A stretch of DNA of 64,000 nt from a bacterium. GTDB taxonomy: Bacteria; UBP18; UBA7526. The stretch spans positions 2,384-66,383 of the forward strand of contig JAUWYL010000003.1 of assembly GCA_030615855.1 (NCBI GenBank). The letters run 5' to 3'. A program made the translations under genes and the position numbers. The notes beneath the pieces are model-generated. The model was not told where the DNA came from and ran no database searches. It saw only the letters and a program-made list of their open reading frames with translations. Of this stretch, positions 41,247-51,083 are shown one piece after another. Numbering within the stretch: position 1 is the stretch's first letter; each line of letters starts with the position of its first letter.

Positions 41247-42656
41247 TTACTCAATAGTAAAAGAACTTTTAAGAAAGCGGTAGGTCTCATCATCCATTCC
41301 CGGGACATCCTTCACTTCCCTCATACCCTTGAATGGACCATGGCTCTCTCTATAATCGATAATAGAACGAGCCATCCCCGGCCCAATGGCCGGCATGGCG
41401 GATAACTCCTGAAAGGTAACGGTATTGATATCCATCTTTTCTACAGTGATGAGATCTTTAAGTTTCTCATAAGTCTTAGATCCGATACGGGGGACATTCT
41501 GGATCTCAATGATACTTCTAAACGGACGATATTCGATGATGCGCCTCGCAGTCTTGGGTCCGATGCCTGGGAGGTTCTCCAACTCTTTCTGAGAAGCGAT
41601 GTTAATATTTACCTTTCGGGACACCCTCTTCCTCACCTCTGGCCTTTCTCCCGGAGGAACCTCACCAACAGTAATCAAGGGCCTCAGATTCTCCAAGGTC
41701 TTTGGCCCGATCCCCCTGGCCTTGGTCAATTCATCGATAGAGGCATAGGGTCGGGCATCTATGATGGCCCGGGCTTTCACCGGTCCAATCCCGGGAAGGG
41801 TCTGAATCTCTGAAGGAGAGGCGGTGTTGATATCAATCCTTGCTCTAACTGGAGGTGCTCTTTTTACAACCGGGACCTCCTTCTCGAGAGGGGCCTCGGG
41901 GGCTGGCTCTGCAACCTCACCAACAGTAACCAGGGGTCTCAACCTCTCCAGGGTCTTTGGTCCGATCCCTCTGACCCTGATCAGTCCATCAATGGTAGCA
42001 TAGGGACGGGCATCTATGATGGCCCGGGCTTTCACCGGACCGATCCCGGGAAGGGTCTGAATCTGAGAGGCGCTTGCCGTATTGATATTGACCAAATAAG
42101 AAGGCGCGGTATTCCTCTCTGGTCTGACTTCTTCCTTCTTCGCCAAACTCTCCCGAGCAAAATTTACCTCTTTCTGGGGTAATATCCGCATCTGAGGAAC
42201 CCTTACCACTTCTCCAGGATAGATGAGATCCGGGTTCTTGATCCTGTTATATAAAGCCAGATTAGGAAAGGCTGAAGCTATCCCCAGATACCTTTTAGCA
42301 ATCTTACTCAAGGTATCACCTTCCCTAACATAATGGGTTATTATTTCAATCCCCACTCCCGGAACCTGGAATGTTGCCTTTTCTAACTCAGGCTCCCTCT
42401 CCGGTCCAACAGTAACCAGGGGTCTTAACCTCTCCAGGGTCTTTGGTCCGATCCCTCTGACCCTGATCAGTTCATCAATGGTAGCATAGGGACGGGTATC
42501 TATGATGGCCTGGGCCTTTACCGGACCGATCCCGGGAAGGGTCTGAATCTGAGAGGCGCTTGCCGTATTGATATCTATTTTCTCCTGACCCAGCCCGGTC
42601 TGGGTCACAATAAGCAAAAGAAGGAAAATTAAAAGAACCAAGCCCTTTCTCATCAT
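41247..42656 (-). CDS. Exported protein with five ComEA HhH domains and one LysM
   Basis: INTAS..LPGIGP..A..II repeated; HYVREGDTLSKIA..NPDLIYPG. Confidence 0.88.
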   Translation of the reverse strand: MMRKGLVLLIFLLLLIVTQTGLGQEKIDINTASASQIQTLPGIGPVKAQAIIDTRPYATIDELIRVRGIGPKTLERLRPLVTVGPEREPELEKATFQVPGVGIEIITHYVREGDTLSKIAKRYLGIASAFPNLALYNRIKNPDLIYPGEVVRVPQMRILPQKEVNFARESLAKKEEVRPERNTAPSYLVNINTASASQIQTLPGIGPVKARAIIDARPYATIDGLIRVRGIGPKTLERLRPLVTVGEVAEPAPEAPLEKEVPVVKRAPPVRARIDINTASPSEIQTLPGIGPVKARAIIDARPYASIDELTKARGIGPKTLENLRPLITVGEVPPGERPEVRKRVSRKVNINIASQKELENLPGIGPKTARRIIEYRPFRSIIEIQNVPRIGSKTYEKLKDLITVEKMDINTVTFQELSAMPAIGPGMARSIIDYRESHGPFKGMREVKDVPGMDDETYRFLKSSFTIE

Positions 42657-42688
42657 TCTCTCCTACGGCTTCCATATGACACGAATCT

Positions 42689-42832
42689 TTATTATGAGGG
42701 CGCGCTTCGCTTGCCCCCTCTACTAAGGAAGCCCGAATAACAAGGTTCTCGAGCGTTAGCGAGAGGCTTCCTTATTATGAGGGCGCGCTTCGCTTGCCCC
42801 CTCTACTAAGGAAGCCCGAATAACAAGGTTCT
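42689..42832. repeat. Two identical 61 bp tandem copies of a palindromic element
   Basis: 42689-42749 and 42772-42832. Confidence 0.85.
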
Positions 42833-42839
42833 TCCCGCT

Positions 42840-43085
42840 TCATCGGGAAGGCATCCTTATTTCCTGACCAGGATAGATACGATCCGGGTCTTTGATATTA
42901 TTTTCCTTGGCTAACTCTTTATATTTACTGGCATCACCAAGATAACGTTCTGCAATTTTGGCCAAGGTATCTCCCTTCTTTACCACGTGGACTATCTCTT
43001 CAACCACTGGCTTGAGAACTTCTTCTACTTTCGGAGGAGCTACTTCTTCAGGAACAACCTCTGGTGCCGGAGGCTTTTCTTTTTT
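42840..43085 (-). pseudogene. LysM-coding tail in frame behind the TGA of 43086-45020
   Basis: KKEKPPAPEV...HVVKKGDTLAKIAERYLGDASKYKELAKENNIKDPDRIYPGQEIRMPSR*. Confidence 0.75.
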
Positions 43086-45020
43086 TCAAGGAGTCTCTTC
43101 GGGAGGGAGAATAAGAATCTCTGTCCCCGGTGGTTCCTCTTCTGGCTCCTCAACCTTCTCAGGCTCTATGGTAATTAGATCCTTCAGAACCTCATATCTC
43201 TTGGCCCCGATGCCCGGGACGCTCCGTAGATCTTCAATCCTTTCATAGGGACGGTGGGCGATGATGGCCAAGGCCTTTACTGGACCGATCCCGGGAAGGG
43301 TCTCCAATTGAGTCCGAGAAGCGGTATTGATATTGATTTTCTCTACGACCCTCTCTGGTTTGACTGGAACCTCGACCTCTTCCTCAGGGATGGACACCTC
43401 TTCCTCTATTTCTATAATCTGGATATCTGAGAGATCCTTCGGTCTTATCTCCAATTCATTAGCATAAGAACCGATCTGACCACTGACTTGAATACTCGTT
43501 CCTTGAACCAGGCTTTCCCTCTCTGGTATGCTCTCATATAGGTCCTTCCAGATAACGACATTTATGGAGCCTGTTCCATCGTCTATCTTTAATGTTCTAC
43601 CCTTCTCCTCTTTGAAGACCCTGACAGATATTATCTTCCCTTTAATGGTCACCCTTTGACCGATGGAGGCCTCGGTTATCTTACCGATAGGAACCAGTTC
43701 CGTCTCCAGAATCTGGATGTCTGAGGGTTTCTTCAGTTTTATCTCGAATTTATCCTTGTAAGATGCGACTCGACCACTGACCTGAATAGGCATTCCTTGA
43801 ACCAGGCTTTGTCTATAGAGTAGGCTCTCGTATAGTTCCTTCCAGATAAGGACATCTATGGAGCCTGTCCCATCGTTTAGCTCTAAAGTACGACCTTTCT
43901 CCTTTTTAAAGATCCTGACAGACATTATTTTTCCTTTAAGGGTTACCTTCTGACCGATGGAGGCCTCAGTTATGCTGCTGATGGGAACCACTTTTTCCTC
44001 AGGAACAGGTACCACTTCTGGCTTCTCAATCTCTTCTGGCTTCTCAACAGGGACTTCTTTAACCGGAACCTCTTCAACTGGGACTTCTTTAACAGGAACC
44101 TCTTCCACAGGAACTTCCTCAATCTCCACTATAGGAGGCTTTTCTTCCTTCCTTTTCTTTGGGCCCCCGAAACGAAAGGTCAGAGTGCCCAGATGGGTCT
44201 CATCGAGGTTATGGTGGGGAAGATAAGCATAATCAAAGGAGAGGAATCTATTCCTCAATCCCCATCCTACCATCCATCTGCCGGGATTATTAGCCACCCC
44301 GGAGCGAAGGAAGAGATACTTCAGCCAGTGGTATTCCAGGCCTAATCTGAACTCGTCATCCTCCTCTTTCTCCTGCTTCTCATAGTGATAATCTACTGCC
44401 AGGATTAAGTCGGGGTCTGGTCGATAGGCGATCCCTCCCGCATACCTCTGGGGGAGGTCGTCACCGATATGGGGGGTATTAACGTTACCTCCGAATAAGC
44501 CAAGGCTCAACTTCCCGTCCAGGAGTTTATATAAGAGTCCTAAGTCCCCTCCATAATCGAACTCCTTACCTACAGTCTCGATCTCGAGACGGAGGTACTT
44601 GGCATTTCCCCCAAGATAGATATCCTGTTTCTCAAAGGTGAACTTCCTTCCATAGGAGAAGATATAGGCATCTTCTCTTAACTTCCTGTGGCCATAATTA
44701 GTCGTGGCCAATCCAATGGTACCCAGCCTCCCCATAGGCAGAGCGAGATTTCCTAACTTATACTCTAAGTCCTTCTCCCCATAGAGCATGGTATAGCTTC
44801 CAGATAATTCTATCATTTTCAATTGTCCCAGACCCGCCGGATTGAAGTAGATGGCACTTGAATCATCTGCCACAGCAGTAAAAGCCCCTCCCATACCCCA
44901 GGCACGGGCAGAAGAGGGCCTCTCCTCAAATATAGCCCAAGCCGAGACAGTGAACAGTGAACAGTGAACAGTGAACAGTGATAAAAAAAATAAAATAAAA
45001 AATAATCGCTTAACCTTCAT
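43086..45020 (-). CDS. PorV/FadL-like barrel fused to 2 OB folds and an HhH domain
   Basis: ARAWGMGGAFTAVADDSSAIYFNPAGL, FDYAY; DGTGSI OB motifs x2; ININTAS..LPGIGP. Confidence 0.8.
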   Translation of the reverse strand: MKVKRLFFILFFLSLFTVHCSLFTVSAWAIFEERPSSARAWGMGGAFTAVADDSSAIYFNPAGLGQLKMIELSGSYTMLYGEKDLEYKLGNLALPMGRLGTIGLATTNYGHRKLREDAYIFSYGRKFTFEKQDIYLGGNAKYLRLEIETVGKEFDYGGDLGLLYKLLDGKLSLGLFGGNVNTPHIGDDLPQRYAGGIAYRPDPDLILAVDYHYEKQEKEEDDEFRLGLEYHWLKYLFLRSGVANNPGRWMVGWGLRNRFLSFDYAYLPHHNLDETHLGTLTFRFGGPKKRKEEKPPIVEIEEVPVEEVPVKEVPVEEVPVKEVPVEKPEEIEKPEVVPVPEEKVVPISSITEASIGQKVTLKGKIMSVRIFKKEKGRTLELNDGTGSIDVLIWKELYESLLYRQSLVQGMPIQVSGRVASYKDKFEIKLKKPSDIQILETELVPIGKITEASIGQRVTIKGKIISVRVFKEEKGRTLKIDDGTGSINVVIWKDLYESIPERESLVQGTSIQVSGQIGSYANELEIRPKDLSDIQIIEIEEEVSIPEEEVEVPVKPERVVEKININTASRTQLETLPGIGPVKALAIIAHRPYERIEDLRSVPGIGAKRYEVLKDLITIEPEKVEEPEEEPPGTEILILPPEETP

Positions 45021-45085
45021 CTATTCATCTTTCCCTTATCTGTGATCTGTGTCCATCTGTAATAAATCTGTGCCAATCTGTGTTC

Positions 45086-45949
45086 TCAAAAGGCGAGGCC
45101 AAAGCCCAACCGATGGACTCCTTTCTCCGTTGCCCGGCGATACTGATAGGCATAATCTATCTTATAGTCTATTCCTCTCCTTGTTATGATCTTTATTCCC
45201 AATCCTCCTGTGGGATCATCGTGATAGCCTCCAGCCCGAAAGGCAAAGTACCTGCTTAGCCACCACTCCATACCAAAGGAATGCTCAAGTCCTACGAAGT
45301 TTTCTAAGTCATAGATATCGTAGGCGATGAGGATCTTCTTATGGGGTCGAAAGGCAATTCCTGGTCGCACATTCATCCTCCTCAATACCCCAAAGACTTT
45401 AGGCTCATTCACATCCTGAGCTAAGAGACCAGCGCTGAACCATCTTATCGGTCTATAGTGAAGGCCGAGGTCTAAGGAGAGATCATCTTCCGTCTCTTCA
45501 GAGACTCCGCTTGTCTTATGCCGGGCATCAATAAACTGGCCTCCCGCACCTATGGAGAACCCCCTGAAGATTTCCTTTCCCCAGGAAGCACCATACTGGT
45601 TTTCCGGCTCAGACCACCCTCTGCCTCTATAGCCGGCATTCAAGAAGTATAATCCCCAGGCACCATACCTCCTATCCGGCTCAGCATAGATTACCGTATC
45701 ATCATAATCTATCCTGTCCCTTTCTGCGTTATTCACAAGAGAACTAATCGAAAAGTCCCTCTTTTCTAATTGTGATAATCCCGCTGGGTTATAGTAGACA
45801 GCATTCGCATCATCTGCTACAGCAACCGCTGCCCCACCCATGCCCATCTGCCGGGTACCAACCTCAGCATAACTAACCGCAGTGAACAGTGAACAGTGAA
45901 CAGTGAACAGTGAAAGGACCAAGAGTAAAAATTTAAATATGTTCTTCAT
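45086..45949 (-). CDS. PorV/FadL-like outer-membrane barrel
   Basis: GTRQMGMGGA..AVADDANAVYYNPAGL, IDYAY, C-terminal GLAF. Confidence 0.8.
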   Translation of the reverse strand: MKNIFKFLLLVLSLFTVHCSLFTAVSYAEVGTRQMGMGGAAVAVADDANAVYYNPAGLSQLEKRDFSISSLVNNAERDRIDYDDTVIYAEPDRRYGAWGLYFLNAGYRGRGWSEPENQYGASWGKEIFRGFSIGAGGQFIDARHKTSGVSEETEDDLSLDLGLHYRPIRWFSAGLLAQDVNEPKVFGVLRRMNVRPGIAFRPHKKILIAYDIYDLENFVGLEHSFGMEWWLSRYFAFRAGGYHDDPTGGLGIKIITRRGIDYKIDYAYQYRRATEKGVHRLGFGLAF

Positions 45950-46021
45950 CTCTTCTCTTTTCCATAAAATCTCTTGCGTTAATAAGTCCCTTTTTGCCTT
46001 GTCTTTCTTTGCCTTATTCTC

Positions 46022-49000
46022 TTATTTTCGTATTAACTTATTCGCTCCCCAAACCAATGGCTTCAATCCTGCTCTAACTACTGCCTTGAGTGGTTCTTTA
46101 TCTCGGATGAAGTCCGCAATCGGTGGCGAAATTTTACAGTAAGTAAGAACAAATGCCCGACCTAAGGGATTAGTGAGCAGATGCTGGTCTCGGAACTGCC
46201 GCAAAGCCATTATTTCAGGAGGACAGTTTAAAAAGTTGGTTAGTTGGTTAGTTTTATCCGTGCTAATCCGTGATTTTAATCCGTGCCTATCCGTGCAACT
46301 GCTGTAAGCAGCAGTAGCAATAAAGCATCCTCCACTCCCTCCACCACTCAGAGACTTGCCCACTGTGACCGTAGTCGTTGCCTCAGTGCTCGAGTTTCCA
46401 TCTTCAGCAATGGCCTTGATATAAATGGTGTAGTAACCTATAGGAACAGAGTCGCCAGAACTGTTCTTCCCATCCCATTTTGTAGAGAAACTATCTGCAA
46501 TATAATACTTATCTTCCCCTAAGGTTTTTACCACCCTTCCCCTTCCATCGAGGGCCTGAATGGTGACCTCAGACTCCTTATTAAGAGTGAAGGAGATCTT
46601 GGTATGTCTCCGATTGAGGTCGCTTCCATCCGATAGGAAGGGATCTTCAGAGACTCCTAAACCCCTGATTCCCACTCCAGAAGGCATATCCGCATTATTT
46701 ACCTTCCCTCTGGTAGGAGAGGAACAGACGCTCCAGTCACTATTTGCATTGGTATCACTTGAATCAGCGTCACGGGCGATGGAGTCATTAGCATCGACTG
46801 TAGTGCTATTAAAACAGTCAGATTCTGCCAGAGAAGCCCCAGCAATCTTCCATTGTTCAGGATCAGCATCTACTAATGCTTGGACATCTGCTTCCTCACC
46901 AGAACCCCACGTCCCACTTTGATCTGCCCAGCAAACAGCATCCTCAATATTCCCCAATCCATCCTTGAAGATTACCTGTTCATCTGTAGAGGTCAACCCA
47001 GTATCATGGGCCCAGATATTGATGATTCCATCCGAACCAGCAGTGAGTTCATCCATCCAGTAACTCATCCCATTAGTAAAGATCTCAATATTTCCCCTTC
47101 CTGTAGGAGCCCCGGTCCGTGAACCAGTTCCTGTGCAGTAGTAGGGAATACTTTTAGCCGACAGACGATCCAAACATTCAGTAGTCGGATGGTTATAGGG
47201 GTTGGAGCCGGTAGAGATGACGGCCTTATCCGGATAGACATAGGTGAGGAAGTTACTTGAGGTGGCATATCTAGCGCCATGATGGCCTACTTTTAAGATA
47301 TCGCTCGTTAATCCTATCCCATACTTACTGATCAGGTTCTCCTCCACCTCGAATCGGGGATCATTATCATGGCAGGCAGAGGATTCCGCATCACCAGTGA
47401 GCATAAAGGAGACATTCCCGTAGGTAAGGTAAATAACAATGGAACTATTATTCTTATAATCGGTTCCTTCCTCTTCAGTTGCTCCTGGCCAAGGACTGGT
47501 AGCATGGGCATTGAGCACCTTGGCAGTAATGTTATAGTCTTCATCCCAGGTATAGGTCTGGCCAACGGTGGGAACGATACCCGGAATATCATTGACATCT
47601 GAGATGGTTGGGTAACCCAACTCATTCTTTACCGCGGTAACAAAGGCATCGGTATAATAACTCTCTGGCTGGCCAGAGAGCCAGATGGCCTCTACTGTCT
47701 TATTATTTAAAACATCTGTCAGGTCACCATAATGGTCGCTATCCGCATGGGTAGCGACCATACGATGGACAGTAGTAGAGACACCCACTTTATCAAGATA
47801 GGAATCAACGATTTCCTTATTTGGGTTTCCTCCATCGATTAAGATATTTTCTCCTCCCGGAGTCTGAACAAGAATGGAGTCCCCTTGTCCTACATCAATG
47901 AAGGTGACGGTCATGCAGCCTGAGGCTGGCTGGAGGACTAAATATTCCCCGGTCTTTATTGTTGTTCCCTTGGCGATGGTCTTTATTGTTCCATCATCTT
48001 CAAAGTAGCATTCCCCGATATCTACTCCGCTTCCATCGCTGGTTCCATCAGCCTCACAATATAACTCTACCCAGTCCTTGCTGCCTGAAGCATTAAACGA
48101 TACCTCATTTATCTTAATGCTTACATCCAATTCTAAGGAAGAGGGGTTCTTCTTTCCCTTGGTAGGGGTAGTAATAAGATTCCAATCGCTCTCCTTATGG
48201 GTATCCGTTGCTCCAGAAGCATTATCTCTTCCTAAAGACTTTCCCTTTGCCCCACTCGTCCAGTTGGCAGACTGGCCTTCCTGAGTCTCATTACTGTAGG
48301 TATCCTCATCCCCGGCATCGCCAATCCATTGACGGGGACTGAGACTATCATCCGCTATCCTGTTGAAGGCCGTACGCTGGGTGCCTGCCCAGGTGCCATC
48401 CCTCTTGGCCAATGATACAGCATCGATGATGTTTCCCGAAGGATCCTCAAGGATAATGACATTATCCGTTCCGGTAAGACCAGAATCCGTGGAATAGAAG
48501 TCACGATAGCCATTCCCATTGGTATCGCTATCCACCTCATCCGCAGTAGGGTCCTCCGGGTCATCCCTGAGACGAAGGACGATATACTCATCATCAGACA
48601 TAGTATAATCTGGAAAGGTCTTGATATAGGCGCTTCTTTCCAAGACTCTCCAGGAACCGATATTCTGGGTTGTTCCCGAGACATTATGGAACTCAATCCA
48701 CTCTGGGGTATCCTTGGTAGCAATCTCATTAATCAATATACTGCCTGGGTCTCCCTCATCTGGAGCAGTAGTATTTGTTGCTTTCGGTGACCCTCTTTCT
48801 GTGGCCCCGGCATCCCAGTTAGTAGTTCCTTCTTCATTGGCAGTATACCAGTTCTTGGCCTGCGTACCATCCCCGGGGGTGCTGCGACGCTCCATAGAAT
48901 ATTTCTTATCATTGTCACCTGCTAAAGGTGTTGAACTATCACCAGCGGTATCATAAAGGATATCGCCATCCGTGTAGAGTTTTATCTGAAGAGTGCTATT

Positions 49001-50290
49001 GGATAATACTACATCAGTATCTATTACATTTGGAGTAACACTATCTTCTATTCTGGAGTTAGCTGCATCAAAGTTAGAAATGAGGAAGTAATCATCACCA
49101 GCCGGATCACCCGTGGCCTTTATGGTTCCAGAAAGGGTGACTTGCATAGGAGCTTCAGCTCCAGCAGAAAATTTAGTGAGATACCAGTTGGTCAAATCAA
49201 TGTCTGAACTGCTGGTATTCCTCAGTTCAATCCATTCATCGGAACTGCTAAGCGTACTCCCTGTCCACATCAATTCGTTGATCACTACCGGCGCTCCTCC
49301 GTCATAATAGAGAGCAGTATCTGTGCGGTCAATAGAGGGGGCTGGTTCGGCATCGGCATAGGTAGCGGTAATGGTAGAGCCATCGGCCACCTTAATCACA
49401 TTATTGGCATCATTACTAGCAGTTGTAGAAACTCCTAACTCTGGCTCTGGAGATTGAATGTTAAATATTCCGGTATCGTTTCCCGTTTCGGTTAGGGTAA
49501 TACTTATCGTTACTGGGTCAGAGGTAGTGGAGATTATGCTGACCGTAAACGACTGCTTACTTCCCGAATCGGTATTGCGATCATTATCAGTGACCGTAAT
49601 ATCGGAAGTTTGAGAAGTGCTGCTAAAGATTCCTCTATCAATATCTATGCTCCCCACATAGTTGCCGCTTCCATTTGCTGCTCCCGGAGTTCCCAATTCT
49701 GTAGCCCCGGAATCCCAGTTCAGGGAGGTCGTAGCAGTATACCAGTTCTCTGATACCGTTCCATCACCCGGTGTAGTATTACGAGACATAGAGTATTTAT
49801 TGGCATTATCCCCAGCAAATGGGGTTCCACTAGCATCATCAGCGGTATCGATGATCGTAGTGGTTTCACCTGCATAGGGGCCATCATAGAGTTTTATCTG
49901 TAGAGCAGTATTGGCTAAAGAGACATCAGTATCTACCACATCTGGTATGACGTTCAACTTTGAACTACCACTGGTCTCGGCATAATTGGAGATGAGGAAG
50001 TATCCATTGGCTGGGATGGTGCCAGAGGAGATGGTGAGCATCAACGTCTCTGCGCCACTACTATACTTAGTAATATCCCAATTACTCAGATTGATGGGTG
50101 AACTGGTCATATTCCTCAGTTCGATCCATTCATCATAAGTACTGGCATTACTCCCCATCCACATCAACTCATTGATCACCACATCCCCGGGATCTGCTCC
50201 CCAGGCTCGCCCGCTCCCACAGAGAGCTATACTAATAATAAGGAATAGCATTAATGTTAAGTTCTTAGAAAATATTTTTCTTATCTTCAT
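46022..50290 (-). CDS. Large secreted protein: lamin-tail domains, ComEC-like MBL domain, FlgD-Ig, CFI-box-CTERM
   Basis: VINELMW..EWIEL repeats; FIDVGQGD, THADSDH, LTGDAE, KVGHHG; KWDGKN..G.Y; GCFIATAAY. Confidence 0.85.
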   Translation of the reverse strand: MKIRKIFSKNLTLMLFLIISIALCGSGRAWGADPGDVVINELMWMGSNASTYDEWIELRNMTSSPINLSNWDITKYSSGAETLMLTISSGTIPANGYFLISNYAETSGSSKLNVIPDVVDTDVSLANTALQIKLYDGPYAGETTTIIDTADDASGTPFAGDNANKYSMSRNTTPGDGTVSENWYTATTSLNWDSGATELGTPGAANGSGNYVGSIDIDRGIFSSTSQTSDITVTDNDRNTDSGSKQSFTVSIISTTSDPVTISITLTETGNDTGIFNIQSPEPELGVSTTASNDANNVIKVADGSTITATYADAEPAPSIDRTDTALYYDGGAPVVINELMWTGSTLSSSDEWIELRNTSSSDIDLTNWYLTKFSAGAEAPMQVTLSGTIKATGDPAGDDYFLISNFDAANSRIEDSVTPNVIDTDVVLSNSTLQIKLYTDGDILYDTAGDSSTPLAGDNDKKYSMERRSTPGDGTQAKNWYTANEEGTTNWDAGATERGSPKATNTTAPDEGDPGSILINEIATKDTPEWIEFHNVSGTTQNIGSWRVLERSAYIKTFPDYTMSDDEYIVLRLRDDPEDPTADEVDSDTNGNGYRDFYSTDSGLTGTDNVIILEDPSGNIIDAVSLAKRDGTWAGTQRTAFNRIADDSLSPRQWIGDAGDEDTYSNETQEGQSANWTSGAKGKSLGRDNASGATDTHKESDWNLITTPTKGKKNPSSLELDVSIKINEVSFNASGSKDWVELYCEADGTSDGSGVDIGECYFEDDGTIKTIAKGTTIKTGEYLVLQPASGCMTVTFIDVGQGDSILVQTPGGENILIDGGNPNKEIVDSYLDKVGVSTTVHRMVATHADSDHYGDLTDVLNNKTVEAIWLSGQPESYYTDAFVTAVKNELGYPTISDVNDIPGIVPTVGQTYTWDEDYNITAKVLNAHATSPWPGATEEEGTDYKNNSSIVIYLTYGNVSFMLTGDAESSACHDNDPRFEVEENLISKYGIGLTSDILKVGHHGARYATSSNFLTYVYPDKAVISTGSNPYNHPTTECLDRLSAKSIPYYCTGTGSRTGAPTGRGNIEIFTNGMSYWMDELTAGSDGIINIWAHDTGLTSTDEQVIFKDGLGNIEDAVCWADQSGTWGSGEEADVQALVDADPEQWKIAGASLAESDCFNSTTVDANDSIARDADSSDTNANSDWSVCSSPTRGKVNNADMPSGVGIRGLGVSEDPFLSDGSDLNRRHTKISFTLNKESEVTIQALDGRGRVVKTLGEDKYYIADSFSTKWDGKNSSGDSVPIGYYTIYIKAIAEDGNSSTEATTTVTVGKSLSGGGSGGCFIATAAYSSCTDRHGLKSRISTDKTNQLTNFLNCPPEIMALRQFRDQHLLTNPLGRAFVLTYCKISPPIADFIRDKEPLKAVVRAGLKPLVWGANKLIRK

Positions 50291-50307
50291 CCTGCACCTT
50301 TTGATAT

Positions 50308-50874
50308 TTAATTCCTTCCCTTCATGATCTTCTTCAGCCGATTCCAGACTCTTAAATCTTCCGCTTCATCACAGATCTTCATTGCCCATTCCTCAAGGTA
50401 TTTAACATCCAGGCTTCTCCCATGACGGATAAATATGCTTTCTACGTCAATCATATCTCGGCCTCTGCCTGGGATTAACTTGAGAAGAATTAAATCTTCG
50501 GGAGTAGGGATATAAATCTGCCGTCCCATAATTTTGGCTTTTCTTTTCCTTTGGAAGGCCGATTTTTCTAATGCTATTGATAGCTTGATGAAATCGATAT
50601 GAAGTCTACTGTGGTATAGACGGAAGACCCCCCGGGTATCAAATGTCTCTTGGACCACTTCCCTGTCGAATTTGAAGCCTTTCCTTTGAGCTGTGGTTAG
50701 GAATGCCTCTAATTTTTTCCTGTTTATTAAGATGATGAAATCCGCATCATTGGTTACTCTTGGTTCGCCAATAATACCGACCGCCAAACCTCCTACCAGA
50801 AGATAAGGGGTGTTTGTTACCTTTAACAACCCCAGGGCTTTATGAAAGACTACGGGAAATCTATTGGCTTTCAT
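50308..50874 (-). CDS. Nucleotidyltransferase (DUF6036/AbiEii-like)
   Basis: LVGGLAV..GEPRVTNDAD, EDLILLKL..GR.RD. Confidence 0.75.
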   Translation of the reverse strand: MKANRFPVVFHKALGLLKVTNTPYLLVGGLAVGIIGEPRVTNDADFIILINRKKLEAFLTTAQRKGFKFDREVVQETFDTRGVFRLYHSRLHIDFIKLSIALEKSAFQRKRKAKIMGRQIYIPTPEDLILLKLIPGRGRDMIDVESIFIRHGRSLDVKYLEEWAMKICDEAEDLRVWNRLKKIMKGRN

Positions 50875-51083
50875 TCCTTCTTCATTTTTAACCCCAGCTT
50901 CGCACAGACTGGAAGGTGGGAAGCAAAATTCAAGGAATCTATTAGTTCTGAGTCTAATAGAAATTCCATGATCTCGGCACTCTCTTTAATGGTAAGTTTC
51001 CTCAGGGTTTCCCTTCTCTCTTTTTCGCTCTCTCTTCTATACTTTTCCGGATTCTTAATCATCGCTTCTTCCTTCTTTAACAA
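50871..51083 (-). CDS. Small protein paired with nucleotidyltransferase
   Basis: Overlaps NTase start; charged helical, LRKLTIKES. Confidence 0.55.
   Translation of the reverse strand: MLKKEEAMIKNPEKYRRESEKERRETLRKLTIKESAEIMEFLLDSELIDSLNFASHLPVCAKLGLKMKKE

Noticed and set aside
42689..42862. Possible CRISPR array
   Set aside because: Only two 61 bp copies, the spacer is itself a repeat-family hairpin, no cas genes
43086..43088. Alternative genetic code or selenocysteine at TGA
   Set aside because: TGA terminates conserved genes here (alr, dnaB, pth) and the site is in a low-complexity linker
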